NCBI GenBank assembly: GCA_963799445.1
Contig: CAWCXX010000044.1
Coordinates: 11,989 to 75,988, forward strand
Source: an uncultured Acidobacteriaceae bacterium
GTDB lineage: Bacteria > Acidobacteriota > Terriglobia > Terriglobales > Acidobacteriaceae
Reading direction: 5' to 3'
DNA length: 64,000 nucleotides
In this document: piece by piece, positions 47,542-57,818 of the stretch
Layout of the letters: every line of letters starts with the position of its first letter
Position numbering within the stretch: position 1 is the stretch's first letter
Translations under genes and position numbers: made by a program
The notes under the pieces: generated by a model
Told to the model about the DNA's origin: nothing
Database searches by the model: none
Seen by the model: the letters and a program-made list of their open reading frames with translations, nothing else

Positions 47542-48414
47542 ATGAGCGATCGAACCATGACGCAGGGCATCTTTGTCGGACTCTCGACCATCGATATCGT
47601 TTACGGCGTGGACGAGTTTCCCGCGCCGAACGCAAAAGTCGCGGCGCGCAGCCAGAGCATCCTCGTGGGAGGGCCGGCAACCAATGCGGCCATTGCATTC
47701 GCGCACTTTGGCGGCCAGGCAACGCTGGTTAGCGCCATAGGGCGCCATCCGCTGGTTCAGGCCATTCGGCAGGAACTCGAAAGATACTCAGTTCAACTGA
47801 TCGATCTCAATCCGGATTTCGGCGATGTGCCCGTCATCTCTTCAGCAGCAGTTGACAGAGCCGGTCGCCGCAACGTGGTTTCAGCCAATGCTGCTCGCTT
47901 CATCACGCCGGCTGCTGAAGTTAACAGAAAACTCTGTGAACGGGCATCCATCACTCTGGTCGATGGCCATTTCATGAAGGCATGCCAGGCATGGGCCTCG
48001 GCAGCACGGGCGAACGGAGTTTCCGTGGTGCTGGACGGCGGAAGCTGGAAGGATGGAACGGAAGAGCTTCTCAAGAGCGTCCAAACTGCCATCTGCTCTG
48101 CTGATTTCCTGCCTCCGGGCTGCACATCGAAAGACGATGTGGTGCAATTTCTGAAAGACCGCTCCGTGGCGAACATCGCCGTCACGGATGGAGCAAATCC
48201 TGTCCACTTCGCCTCCGGCCAATCTTCGGGAACCTTGCGTGTCCCCGAGGTCGAAGTCGTCGATACGATGGGCGCAGGGGACATCTTTCACGGGGCGTAC
48301 TGCCATTTCGCCTCAACAGGCGCGGGTTTCGTTGAGGCTTTGGCGGAGGCAGCGAAGGTCGCGGCGGAATCCTGCTGCTTTGCTGGCACAAGAGAGTGGA
48401 TGGAGCACCTCTGA
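47542..48414 (+). CDS. PfkB-family carbohydrate kinase
   Basis: GGPATNAA, VVDTMGAGDIFHG. Confidence 0.9.
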   Translation: MSDRTMTQGIFVGLSTIDIVYGVDEFPAPNAKVAARSQSILVGGPATNAAIAFAHFGGQATLVSAIGRHPLVQAIRQELERYSVQLIDLNPDFGDVPVISSAAVDRAGRRNVVSANAARFITPAAEVNRKLCERASITLVDGHFMKACQAWASAARANGVSVVLDGGSWKDGTEELLKSVQTAICSADFLPPGCTSKDDVVQFLKDRSVANIAVTDGANPVHFASGQSSGTLRVPEVEVVDTMGAGDIFHGAYCHFASTGAGFVEALAEAAKVAAESCCFAGTREWMEHL

Positions 48415-48465
48415 GCCTGCCCGGTCGGGGGTAGGCGCTGCGATGAGAGGCAAAGGGGGCGGCAT

Positions 48466-49548
48466 GTGCGAAACAAGAATAGAAAATGCATGTGGATGGC
48501 GGTCGTGTTGGCCGTTGTAACCGGTGCAGCGGCGCAATCGGCGCAACAGAAGCCGCCAGGACACTGGGCCATCATCGTGCACGGTGGCGCGGGCGTCATC
48601 GACCGCGCGAAGCTGGGTCCGGAAGGCGCCGCGGCCTATCGCGCCGCGCTCACCAAGGTTGCCCAGGCTGGCGGCGCGGTGCTCGATCGCGGTGGTTCGC
48701 CGCTCGATGCTGTCGAAGCCTCCATCCGCATCCTTGAAGACGACCCGCTCTTCAACGCGTCCCGTGGAGCGGTCTTCACCGCGGACGGCAAAACAGAGCT
48801 CGACGCGGCCATCATGGATGGCGCAACCATGCGAGCCGGCGCCGTCGCCAGCGTCACCCACACCCGCTATCCCATTACTCTGGCGCGCGCGGTCATGGAG
48901 AAAACTCCGTACGTCTTTCTCGTGGGTCCGGGCGCTGACGAATATTCCATCCAGGCCGGGATGGAGCAGGCCGATCCCAGCTACTTTTTTACCGAAAGCC
49001 GCTGGCAGTCGCTGGTCAAGCAATTGCAGGAAGAGGGCAAGCCCATCCCGCCGCGTCCCGCCGGCGCGCCGCCTGCGAGCCAAGCTGTGCCGGTGGCGCA
49101 GTGGCAGGAATCGGTTGATACCCACAGCTACGGCACCGTCGGCGTCGTTGCGCTTGACCGGCAGGGCAACGTCGCCGCAGGAACTTCGACGGGCGGCCTG
49201 CAGGGCAAGATGCCCGGCCGCGTGGGCGACTCGCCCATCATTGGCGCCGGCACCTACGCCTCCAATCAATCCTGCGCCGTCTCCGGCACCGGTGTCGGCG
49301 AATACTTTATCCGCTTCACCGTCGCCCGCGAGATCTGCGCCCTCGTGCAATACAAGGGCTTCACATTGCAACAGGCCGCCGACCAGGTCATCCACAAGCA
49401 GCTTGCGCCCATTCACGGCGATGGTGGCGTCATCGCCCTCACTCCCGACGGCCAGCTTGCCTGGAGCTTCAACACGTCCGGCATGTTCCGCGCTCGCCTG
49501 GTCGAAGGCGGAAAGATCGAGGTCCACATCTACAACGACGAGCCGTGA
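48466..49548 (+). CDS. Isoaspartyl peptidase / L-asparaginase (Ntn hydrolase), with signal peptide
   Basis: IIVHGGAG, ELDAAIMDG, GTVGVVALD, TSTGG, GRVGDSP, TGVGE. Confidence 0.93.
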   Translation: MRNKNRKCMWMAVVLAVVTGAAAQSAQQKPPGHWAIIVHGGAGVIDRAKLGPEGAAAYRAALTKVAQAGGAVLDRGGSPLDAVEASIRILEDDPLFNASRGAVFTADGKTELDAAIMDGATMRAGAVASVTHTRYPITLARAVMEKTPYVFLVGPGADEYSIQAGMEQADPSYFFTESRWQSLVKQLQEEGKPIPPRPAGAPPASQAVPVAQWQESVDTHSYGTVGVVALDRQGNVAAGTSTGGLQGKMPGRVGDSPIIGAGTYASNQSCAVSGTGVGEYFIRFTVAREICALVQYKGFTLQQAADQVIHKQLAPIHGDGGVIALTPDGQLAWSFNTSGMFRARLVEGGKIEVHIYNDEP

Positions 49549-49590
49549 GCTTCATGGCATGAACAGCGGGAATAACAATAAAATGAGGTA

Positions 49591-49833
49591 ATGCCCACAG
49601 TTTTTCTTGAACGCGGCTTCAGGTTCTTCTTTTATTCCAACGAGGGCTCGCCCCGTGAACAGGCGCATATTCACGTTGAAAAAGACACCCTGGAGGCGAA
49701 ATTCTGGCTGCGACCGGAAGTTCGAGTAGCCTACAATGACGGATATAGGCCCCGCACTTTGCGGGAGGTGGCATGGATCGTCGCGGTGAATCGGGACCGG
49801 ATTGAGAGGGCATGGAATGAATTCTTCGGTTAG
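49591..49833 (+). CDS. DUF4160-family small protein (putative toxin)
   Basis: MPTV..GFRFFFYSNE...HIHV...AKFWL...IERAWNEFFG. Confidence 0.82.
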   Translation: MPTVFLERGFRFFFYSNEGSPREQAHIHVEKDTLEAKFWLRPEVRVAYNDGYRPRTLREVAWIVAVNRDRIERAWNEFFG

Positions 49834-50068
49834 GCCGATGGCCGTCCGTTTCGATGAGGACAGCATGTGGGTGGAGTTGAGTGACGGCCGGACCCTGGGC
49901 GTGCCCCTTGCGTGGTTCCCCCGTTTGTTGCGCGGCACCCCGGAGCAGCGCGAGCAAGTGAGGATCGGCATCCGCGGCCTGCATTGGGAAGTTCTGGATG
50001 AAGACATCTCCATTGCGGGCCTTCTCGCCGGGCTGGGCGACCAGAGCGATAAGACATTCGCGGCGTGA
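49817..50068 (+). CDS. DUF2442-family small protein (putative antitoxin)
   Basis: V.LSDGR.LGVPLAWFPRL..TPEQR...GLHWEVLDEDISIAGLL; overlaps the upstream gene. Confidence 0.82.
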   Translation: MNSSVRPMAVRFDEDSMWVELSDGRTLGVPLAWFPRLLRGTPEQREQVRIGIRGLHWEVLDEDISIAGLLAGLGDQSDKTFAA

Positions 50069-50115
50069 ACCTTGTTGCTGCGCCCGGCCACGCTGGCCCG
50101 GAATAGAATCTCCCC

Positions 50116-50664
50116 ATGGCGCTTGAATTCACCACATCTTATATTCAGGACTCTCTGGCCCTCTTCCGCTACTACAAGCGGCTGGCTGAGCGCGCCATGG
50201 AGCAAGTCACCGACGAACAGCTCTTCGCCGCGCTCGATCCTGAAGCGAACTCGATCGCAATCATCGTGAAACACATGGCGGGCAACATGCGTTCCCGCTG
50301 GACGGACTTCCTGACCACTGAGGGAGAAAAGCCGAACCGGAATCGCGACAGCGAATTCGTCGAACCGCCCGCGACGCGCAACCAATTACTGGCAGAGTGG
50401 GAAAACGGCTGGGCCTGTGTCTTCGACGCCATCGAGCCGCTCACCGATGCAGACCTCGACCGCACTGTTACCATTCGTGGCGAGGCGCACTCCGTCATAC
50501 AGGCCACCAACCGGCAGCTCGCACATTACGCGCATCATGTGGGGCAGATTGTGCTGCTGGCCAAGCATTTCGCAAGCGATCACTGGCAGTCGCTCAGCGT
50601 ACCGCGCAATCAATCGGCTGAATTCAATCGCAAAGTCGCCGCGGGCGAACTGAGCCAAAGATAG
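50116..50664 (+). CDS. DUF1572 / DinB-like protein
   Basis: NSIAIIVKHMAGNMRSRWTDFLT..GEK..RNRDSEF, HYAHHVGQI. Confidence 0.85.
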   Translation: MALEFTTSYIQDSLALFRYYKRLAERAMEQVTDEQLFAALDPEANSIAIIVKHMAGNMRSRWTDFLTTEGEKPNRNRDSEFVEPPATRNQLLAEWENGWACVFDAIEPLTDADLDRTVTIRGEAHSVIQATNRQLAHYAHHVGQIVLLAKHFASDHWQSLSVPRNQSAEFNRKVAAGELSQR

Positions 50665-50715
50665 CCTGGCAATTGCGTCCGATTTCTTGCGACGAAGCAA
50701 CGAGCCGTGCCGCTA

Positions 50716-50830
50716 ACGCATTTCTCCTTCTGCTGTATCCCGGAGGCAATGCCTCCAAGTTGCGATTTTCCTCAAGAAAGCGCAACCTTGCACAACCTCA
50801 ACAAGGGCTATAGCTGAAGGAGAAAAGCCT
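50716..50830. mobile_element. TA-flanked MITE/ERIC-like element (copy 6, 115 bp)
   Basis: TA|acgcatttctccttctgc ... gctgaaggagaaaagcct|TA; TGTA at +19; central ttgcgattttcctcaagaaagcgcaa; abuts the rubrerythrin stop. Confidence 0.72.
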
Positions 50831-51409
50831 TACTGGATCGTTTCAAACCGTTCCCAGGGGAAGTTGCACACCGGGCAACGATCATGCTCCTCGGGAGTTT
50901 CTGACGTGTATCCGCACACCGGGCAGACATAAAATGTCCGCGCCGCATTGACCCACGCGTCTTTCTTCCCGGCCTCAAGCAGCGCAATTGCCTCGCTGTA
51001 GATCCGCGCATGCGCTTTCTCGGCCTCCATCGCGCCATCGAATGTGCGGATGGCTGCCGTGTTGTTGCGCGCCGTGGCCTCTTCGATGAAGCCCGGATAC
51101 ATTGTGTCCACTTCGTACTGTTCGCCCGCGAGCGCTGTCTTCAGATTCTCCAGCGTGCTCTTCACCTCGACGGGGTGAATCTCGCACTTGGCCTCGCCGC
51201 CCAATTGCTTCGATGACGCCGGCATGATTGGCGGCGTGGATCTGCTCCGCGCGCCCCGCGGCCCGGAACAGGCTGGCGGCTCCGTGCAGCCCATCGGCAT
51301 CGGCCTTCACGGCAAACGCGGTGTACTTGGCATGCGCGTTCGATTCGCCTTCAAAGGCGGCAAGCAGGTTCTCAACGGTTTTTGAATTCTCAACGGCGAT
51401 TGCTGGCAT
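50830..51409 (-). CDS. Rubrerythrin (frameshift near 51205)
   Basis: AFEGES.A..KY..FA, AEQIHA, GEQYE..MYP.F, AEKAH, CPVCGY..CPVC. Confidence 0.92.
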
Positions 51410-51543
51410 CAGTTTCCCTCCGGACCTCTTCAGCCTACGGGCACGTCTTCGGTTGCGGCTGTGACGAGCGCCACAACGCGCCCGCGCGCCTGCGTGCCAT
51501 GCCGCGCCGTCCCATTCACAGACGCCCATGTAAAATGTTGCGC

Positions 51544-52903
51544 ATGGAAACCATCCAGTACAACCTGCCGCAGAGCCACATTCCGCAAGTCTGGTACAAC
51601 ATCATGCCCCGATCTGCCCAAGCCTTTGGCGCCGCCGTTGCACCCCGGCACGCTCAAGCCCATCGGCCCCGACGATCTGGCTCCGCTGTTTCCCATGGCC
51701 CTGATTCTTCAGGAAGTCAGCACCGAGCGCGAGATCGAGATTCCGGGAGAAGTGCGGCAGATTTACGCGCAGTGGCGTCCCTCGCCGCTCATCCGCGCCC
51801 GCCGGCTTGAGAAGGCTCTCGATACGCCGGCGCGCATCTATTACAAATACGAAGGCGTCAGCCCGGCCGGCTCGCACAAGCTCAACACCGCCGTCCCGCA
51901 GGCCTGGTACAACAAGCAGGAAGGCGTCAAGCACCTCTCCACTGAGACCGGCGCCGGCCAGTGGGGTTCCGCGCTGGCCATGGCCTGCGCTTTCCTCGGC
52001 CTGGAGTGCAAGGTCTACATGGTGCGCGTCAGCTACGACCAGAAGCCCTATCGCCGCGCCCTGATGGAAGCCTTCGGCGCCTCCGTCACCGCCAGCCCCA
52101 GCAACACCACCGAATCCGGCCGCGCCATTCTCGCCGAGCATCCCGACTCCAACGGCTCGCTCGGCATCGCCATCTCTGAGGCCGTCGAAGTGGCCGCCAA
52201 GGACCCCAACACCAAGTACGCGCTCGGCAGCGTGTTGAATCACGTCCTGCTCCACCAGACCGTCATCGGCCAGGAAGCCATCGAGCAGATGGCTCTGGCC
52301 GGCGACGAGCCCGACGTCATCATCGGCTGCACCGGCGGCGGATCGAACTTTGCCGGCCTGGTCATGCCCTTCCTGGGCCGCAAGCTCAAGGGCAAGTGCC
52401 ACGCGCGCATCGTGGCCGTCGAGCCCGCCGCCTGCCCCAGCCTCACCAAGGGCCGCTTCACTTACGACTTCGGCGACACCGGCCATCTCACGCCGCTGGT
52501 CAAGATGCACACCCTCGGCAGCACCTTTATGCCTCCGGGAATTCACGCCGGCGGCCTGCGCTACCACGGCATGGCGCCGCTGGTCTCGCACGTCATCGAT
52601 CTGGGCCTGGTCGAAGCCACAACCGTGCAGCAACTCGACGCTTTCGCCGCCGGCATTCAGTTTGCCCGCGCCGAGGGCATCGTGCCCGCGCCCGAAGCCA
52701 ACCACGCCATCGCCGAAGCCATCCGCCAGGCCCTCGAAGCCAAAGCGGAAGGCAAGCCGCGCACCATCCTCTTCAACCTCAGCGGCCACGGCCACTTCGA
52801 CATGCAGTCCTACATCGACTACCAGGCCGGCAAGCTGGAGAACTACGACTACCCGGAGGAAGAAATCGCCATGGCTCTCGCGGGCCTGCCCGTGGTCGGG
52901 TGA
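51544..52903 (+). CDS. trpB2: TrpB2-type tryptophan synthase beta-like PLP enzyme (frameshift near 51608)
   Basis: [46 protein letters not shown]. Confidence 0.92.
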
Positions 52904-53006
52904 GGCGCGGCCTCCGCCCGCTTCCGCCTCGCTGTGTTACCGTTGCATTACGGTGTCCCTCAAGCCGGGCTTGGCTCCCCGCGTCCGGCGCCGAGCGATG
53001 GCGATA

Positions 53007-53117
53007 TAGCGGAACCAGGGTAGATGTATCCCGGAAGCACTTCAGCCGCGTGGCTTTTTCCTTAAGAAAAAGCCACTTTCACGACCTAACGCAAAGATAC
53101 GTACTCTGTTTCCACTC
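53007..53117. mobile_element. MITE/ERIC-like element (copy 7, degenerate)
   Basis: TA|tagcggaaccagggta ... tactctgtttccactc; TGTA at +19; central gtggctttttccttaagaaaagccac. Confidence 0.7.
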
Positions 53118-53174
53118 TGGGCGGCAAGTGATTGCAATGCAGGCACATCGGGGACAGCGGATAGAAGCAAACGA

Positions 53175-53546
53175 ATGCATCAGCGGCCGGAATCGCCATT
53201 GTCAACGCTCACGGTGAGCCCGGCTCCCGTGCCTGGGCCGGAGCCGGACCGTGCACCGGCACCCGCGCCGCAAGCCGCCGCGCGTCTGCCGCATCCGCAT
53301 CGCATTCCCCGTTGGCTCGTGCGCCTCGAATTGTTTCTGCGCGTCATGTTGCGCATGTATATCGGATTGGCCGTCTGCTACGCGCCATGGTCGCATACGT
53401 TCTGGGACCAGAATCCGATCTTTCTGCAATTTCCCACGCTCGCGAACATTGCCATGAACGGCGCGGTGCGCGGCATGGTATCGGGCCTGGGTCTTTTGAA
53501 TCTATGGATTGCGTTTCAAGACGCCATTCGTCACCGGGATGGTTAA
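53175..53546 (+). CDS. Small hypothetical membrane protein
   Basis: Two hydrophobic segments with PW..FWDQNP and VRG.VSGLGLLNLW; start uncertain. Confidence 0.65.
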   Translation: MHQRPESPLSTLTVSPAPVPGPEPDRAPAPAPQAAARLPHPHRIPRWLVRLELFLRVMLRMYIGLAVCYAPWSHTFWDQNPIFLQFPTLANIAMNGAVRGMVSGLGLLNLWIAFQDAIRHRDG

Positions 53547-53571
53547 GCGATGAAGGACAAGGAACAGGGAA

Positions 53572-53740
53572 CAGCCACCCCAGCGAGCAAGGACCGCTCG
53601 CCGGGAGTCCCGGCAGCCACCCCAGTGAGCAAAGTCCGCTCACCGGGGGCCCCGGCAGCCACCCCAGTGAGCAAAGTCCGCTCACCGGGGGCCCCGGCAG
53701 GGAACAGCCGCCCCAGCGAGCAAAGCCCGCTCGCCCCCCC
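53572..53740. repeat. Tandem 42-bp REP-like hairpin units (3 full + 1 partial) within AGGGAAC heptamers
   Basis: cagccaccccag(c/t)gagcaa(g/a)g(a/t)ccgctc(g/a)ccggg(a/g)g(t/c)cccgg at 53572, 53614, 53656; partial at 53705. Confidence 0.88.
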
Positions 53741-53838
53741 GCTGCGCGACCCCGGCAGGGAACAGAAAATACGGAACCAGCCAGAAACTAGCGCCGATTC
53801 TCGCTCCATAGCGGCTTCTCAGCCCGGCGACGCGCGCG

Positions 53839-54852
53839 GTGATTCCCGGTGACGGAACGCCTCCGCCGCTGGATCCCGCTCCGCTGGCCTACGAAAACTC
53901 CGCATTTCTGAACAGCGCCGATGGGCGTGCGATCCGCATCGTATCCGAGTATCTTGAGCCTCTGGCGCGATTCCGCCGCGAGCAGATTCAGGACACAGTG
54001 GTCTTCTTCGGCTCGGCGCGCTTTCGCGGCCGCGAGGAGGCCGATCACGATCTCGAACTTCTCGAGAACACCGGCTCCACGCGCCCCGCTCCCAGTGAAG
54101 AGCAGCCCGCCAAAGCTCCGGAGATCGCCTCGGGCAAGGCCACCGAGCTGCAGCGCAAGCGCGCCGTGGCCGCGGTTGAAATGGCTCGCTACTATGAGGA
54201 CGCGCGCCGCCTCGCCCAACTGCTCACGCAATGGGCCAAGACCATTCCCTCGCGCAAGCACCGCTTCGTCGTCACCTCCGGCGGCGGGCCCGGCATCATG
54301 GAGGCAGCCAATCGCGGCGCTTACGAGGCCGGCGGCAAAACCATCGGCATGAACATTCTGCTGCCCTTTGAGCAGAGGCCGAATCCCTACATCACGCCCT
54401 CGCTCAACTTCGAGTTCCACTACTTCTTTATGCGCAAGCTGTGGTTCGCCTACCTCGCCAAGGCCCTGGTGGTCTTTCCCGGAGGCTTCGGCACGCTCGA
54501 CGAGATGTTCGAGATCCTTACCCTGGCGCAGACCCAGAAAGTGGCCAAGAAGATCACCGTCCTCATTTACGGTCCGGAATACTGGAAGAGGGTCTTTAAC
54601 CTCGAGGCGCTGGTGGATACCGGCGCCATCTCGCCCAAGGACATCGAGCTGTTCCAATATGCCGAAACGCCCGAGCAGGCCTTCGAGCTGCTCAAGAAGG
54701 GACTGACAGAGAACTATCTGGCTGCCGAGACGGCCTCCGCGCGGGCCGTGCGCCCCGAAAACCAAAAGGAGGCGCGCAACGAAGATCTCATGGCGGGCTG
54801 GAACATCGACGATTTTCTCGGCCCGGAACTTGCCAAAACCAGAAAGCAGTGA
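53839..54852 (+). CDS. LOG family (TIGR00730-like) nucleotide phosphoribohydrolase
   Basis: FFGSAR, SGGGPGIMEAANRGA, FHYFFMRK, FPGGFGTLDE. Confidence 0.9.
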   Translation: MIPGDGTPPPLDPAPLAYENSAFLNSADGRAIRIVSEYLEPLARFRREQIQDTVVFFGSARFRGREEADHDLELLENTGSTRPAPSEEQPAKAPEIASGKATELQRKRAVAAVEMARYYEDARRLAQLLTQWAKTIPSRKHRFVVTSGGGPGIMEAANRGAYEAGGKTIGMNILLPFEQRPNPYITPSLNFEFHYFFMRKLWFAYLAKALVVFPGGFGTLDEMFEILTLAQTQKVAKKITVLIYGPEYWKRVFNLEALVDTGAISPKDIELFQYAETPEQAFELLKKGLTENYLAAETASARAVRPENQKEARNEDLMAGWNIDDFLGPELAKTRKQ

Positions 54853-55191
54853 GGCCCCGGCGAAGACCCTGCTTCATCTGCCCGACCCGGCATATTGGCC
54901 AGAAAAGCCCACCCGGCCCTCCGCAAACGACGATTTGGACTTTGCCGTGCTAATCGCGAAAGACAGATAAGCCTACAATAGAGATTGCAAGACGGCCTGC
55001 GAGACTGACTGCAGGCCGCCGAATTTAAAGGCCTTTCTCCGGTTTTTTCGGGATTTCCGGTAACTGCCTTGATTCCATTTTTGCATCAATTGAAGGGCAA
55101 TTCGCACGTTCTTAACCGGATATTTACGGCTGAAAGGGGATACTGGCTGTGGAAATCCGGAAGACGAAGGCGGATCACTTAAGGAGCTGAG

Positions 55192-56349
55192 ATGCCCACT
55201 TCCTCAATCTCGTATCTGTGGCGCGACAAGGATGCCCCCGACGGCTTCAGGACCGGTGTTTCGTTGCACAGTCACACCAACCAATCGCGAGAGACCCTGG
55301 ATTTCCTGGCCAACTTTGGCAACCAGTATCCGGTGATGCGCCCTTGGCTGTCCCGGTTGGAACGGCGGGCCGAGCAGAGGCACGGCGTGCGCGTCGACTA
55401 CGCAGCCAGCTACTGGACGCCGCCCATGACTCCCAAGCTGGCCTTCGACCTGGAATCGCGGCAGATCGAAAAGCTGGACCTGGCATCGATGGTTTCCATC
55501 TCCGACCATGACAACATCAAGGCGCCCATGCTTTTGCGCACCGTGCCCAGCGCGCGGCAGATTCCGGTTTCCGTCGAGTGGAGCGCGCCCTACGGCAGCC
55601 AGTCCTTCCATCTCGGCGTGCACAACCTGCCCAGCGCCCGCGCGACAGAGTGGATGGCGACGCTTGAGGAGTTCACCGCCCATCCCAGCGACGCCCGCCT
55701 GACCGAGATTCTGGTTGCTCTTCACAACGAGCCGAACGTGCTCGTAGTCTTCAACCATCCCCTGTGGGACCTTTACCTGGTGGGGAAGGAAAAGCACGCA
55801 TTTCTGGTCAACGAGTTTCTCCAGAAAAACGGCGCCTACCTTCACGCGCTGGAGCTCAATGGGCTGCGCAACTGGGACGAGAACCGCGGCGTGCGGCGCC
55901 TGGCGGAAAAGTGGAACATGCTTCTCATCTCCGGCGGCGACCGTCACGGCGTGGAACCCAACGCCAACGTCAATCTGACCAACGCCACCAGCTTTACTGA
56001 GTTCGTCCACGAGATCCGGCGCGAGAAAAAGAGCAATGTGCTCTTCATGCCGCAATACGCCGAGCCGTGGAAGCATCGCATCCTGCAGTCGACTGTCGAC
56101 GCCATCCGCCACTACCCCGAGTTTCCGCAGGGTTCGCGTACCTGGGACGAGCGCGTCTACCATCCCGACACCAACGGTGTGGTTCGGCCGCTGAGAGAGC
56201 TTTGGCCCGACGGATCGGCTCCCAGGTATATGACGGTTGTCATTGCCATCGTACAATTGATGGGCCGCGGCCTGGTCTCCGGCGGGTTGCGCATGGCCTG
56301 GAGCGAATCGCACCAGTTGCGCCTGGCCTTAGGCGAACACGAATTCTGA
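55192..56349 (+). CDS. PHP-fold metallophosphoesterase-like protein
   Basis: LHSHT, ISDHD, NHP, ELNG, GGDRHG; AAGGAG RBS. Confidence 0.75.
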   Translation: MPTSSISYLWRDKDAPDGFRTGVSLHSHTNQSRETLDFLANFGNQYPVMRPWLSRLERRAEQRHGVRVDYAASYWTPPMTPKLAFDLESRQIEKLDLASMVSISDHDNIKAPMLLRTVPSARQIPVSVEWSAPYGSQSFHLGVHNLPSARATEWMATLEEFTAHPSDARLTEILVALHNEPNVLVVFNHPLWDLYLVGKEKHAFLVNEFLQKNGAYLHALELNGLRNWDENRGVRRLAEKWNMLLISGGDRHGVEPNANVNLTNATSFTEFVHEIRREKKSNVLFMPQYAEPWKHRILQSTVDAIRHYPEFPQGSRTWDERVYHPDTNGVVRPLRELWPDGSAPRYMTVVIAIVQLMGRGLVSGGLRMAWSESHQLRLALGEHEF

Positions 56350-56384
56350 CGGTTTGGGTGGAGTGAGGAGCGTGAGCGTCAGGG

Positions 56385-56448
56385 CTGACTTGCTGACTCG
56401 CTGACTTGCTTACTCGCTAACTCACTGACTTGCTAACCCGCTGGCTCG
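56385..56448 (+). repeat. Octamer tandem repeat (CTGACT(T/C)G-like) x8
   Basis: ctgacttg ctgactcg ctgacttg cttactcg ctaactca ctgacttg ctaacccg ctggctcg. Confidence 0.85.
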
Positions 56449-56456
56449 CTCCCAAC

Positions 56457-57656
56457 ATGACCGCTCCCGTTCCTCGCGTCGCCTATTTCCCAGACTCGTT
56501 TCACGAAGTCAATGGGGTCGCCCACACCAGCCGCCACTTTGAGGCCTTTGTGCGCCGTCGCAATCTGCCATTCCTTTGCGTGCGCGCAGGAGACCGCGCC
56601 CAGGCCGTCGTCGAAGACGGTCCCGTCTGGACCCTCGAGCTCCCACGCGGCTTCCTCTCCTTCGCTCTCGAAAAAGACCTGCGCTTCGATCCCGCGTTTC
56701 TGCGCCATATTCCGCTCATCGGTGAAGTACTCGATCGCTTCCAACCCGACCTTATCCACATCACCGGCCCCAGCGATATTGGCATCCTGGGCGCGTGGCT
56801 GTCGCGCCACCTCCACCTGCCTCTCGCCGCTAGTTGGCACACCAACGTCCACGAGTACGCCGCGCGCCGCGCCGGTTGGTTCCTGCGCCTATTGCCCCAG
56901 CGCCATTCCGCCGCCACCGGACAGAAGATTGAAGACCTCGCCATGGCGACTGCCTCTAAGTTCTACTCCATTGCGCAGGTGCTCTTTGCGCCCAATCCCC
57001 AACTGTGTGCGCAGCTCGAAAAAGCCACCGGCCGACCCTGCCATCTGATGCCCCGCGGAGTGGACGCGGAGCTCTTCCATCCGGCCAGGCGCACGCGGAG
57101 TTTAGAGGACCGCGAGCGCATCCTCGGCTTCGTCGGCCGCCTCTCAGTCGAAAAGAATATCGGGCTGCTTGTGGAGATTGAACAGAACCTCGAATGCATG
57201 GGAGTGGAAAACTTCAAGTTCCTCGTCGTCGGTCACGGCGGCGACGAGGACTGGCTGCGCGAGCGCTTGCATCGAGCGGAGTTTACTGGCGTCCTCAAGG
57301 GCGAACCGCTTTACGCGGCCTTTGCCAACATGGACCTCTTCGTCTTCCCCTCGCATACTGAAACCTTCGGCAACGTCGTGCTTGAGGCTCTTTCGAGCGG
57401 CGCGCCTGCCATCGTCACTCCCGATGGCGGTCCGAAGACGATTGTGCGCGACGGCGAAACAGGACGCATCGTGCCTGATGATCGATTCGCCTCCGCCATC
57501 GCCCAAGTCCTCGCCGACCCCGCCCAGCACGCCGCCATGCGCCAAGCTGCCCGCGCCTACGCCCTCACTGCCAGTTGGGACTCGGTATTCGAAGGCATCT
57601 ACGCGGCGTATGAGGAACTGGCGCTTCCGGTCAATCGAAACTCTGCCGCAGATTGA
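56457..57656 (+). CDS. GT-B family 4 glycosyltransferase
   Basis: DSFHEVNGVA, WHT, RGVD..LF, VGRLSVEKN, FPSHTETFGNVVLEA. Confidence 0.9.
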   Translation: MTAPVPRVAYFPDSFHEVNGVAHTSRHFEAFVRRRNLPFLCVRAGDRAQAVVEDGPVWTLELPRGFLSFALEKDLRFDPAFLRHIPLIGEVLDRFQPDLIHITGPSDIGILGAWLSRHLHLPLAASWHTNVHEYAARRAGWFLRLLPQRHSAATGQKIEDLAMATASKFYSIAQVLFAPNPQLCAQLEKATGRPCHLMPRGVDAELFHPARRTRSLEDRERILGFVGRLSVEKNIGLLVEIEQNLECMGVENFKFLVVGHGGDEDWLRERLHRAEFTGVLKGEPLYAAFANMDLFVFPSHTETFGNVVLEALSSGAPAIVTPDGGPKTIVRDGETGRIVPDDRFASAIAQVLADPAQHAAMRQAARAYALTASWDSVFEGIYAAYEELALPVNRNSAAD

Positions 57657-57737
57657 CGCTGCCCGGTGCCCTTAAAGCGGTTTTCCAGTTGCTGGCGGCT
57701 GGCTCGGTTCTCAGGAAAGCAAACTCAACGTGACAAA

Positions 57738-57812
57738 AGGGTGCCCCAGGTCTCGGTTTTGAGACCTGGGATACCACGAATCTCGCCGCGCGAAACACAA
57801 ATTCATGCGGTC
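57738..57812 (+). repeat. REP-like palindrome GGGTGCCCCAGGTCTCGNTTTTGAGACCTGGGA plus conserved tail
   Basis: Same unit as at 63036-63412, including the downstream aaacacaaattca.gcggtc. Confidence 0.85.
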
Positions 57813-57818
57813 AGAAAC

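Noticed and set aside
53572..53740. CRISPR-like array
   Set aside because: Units are directly adjacent with no unique spacers, and there are no cas genes in the window.
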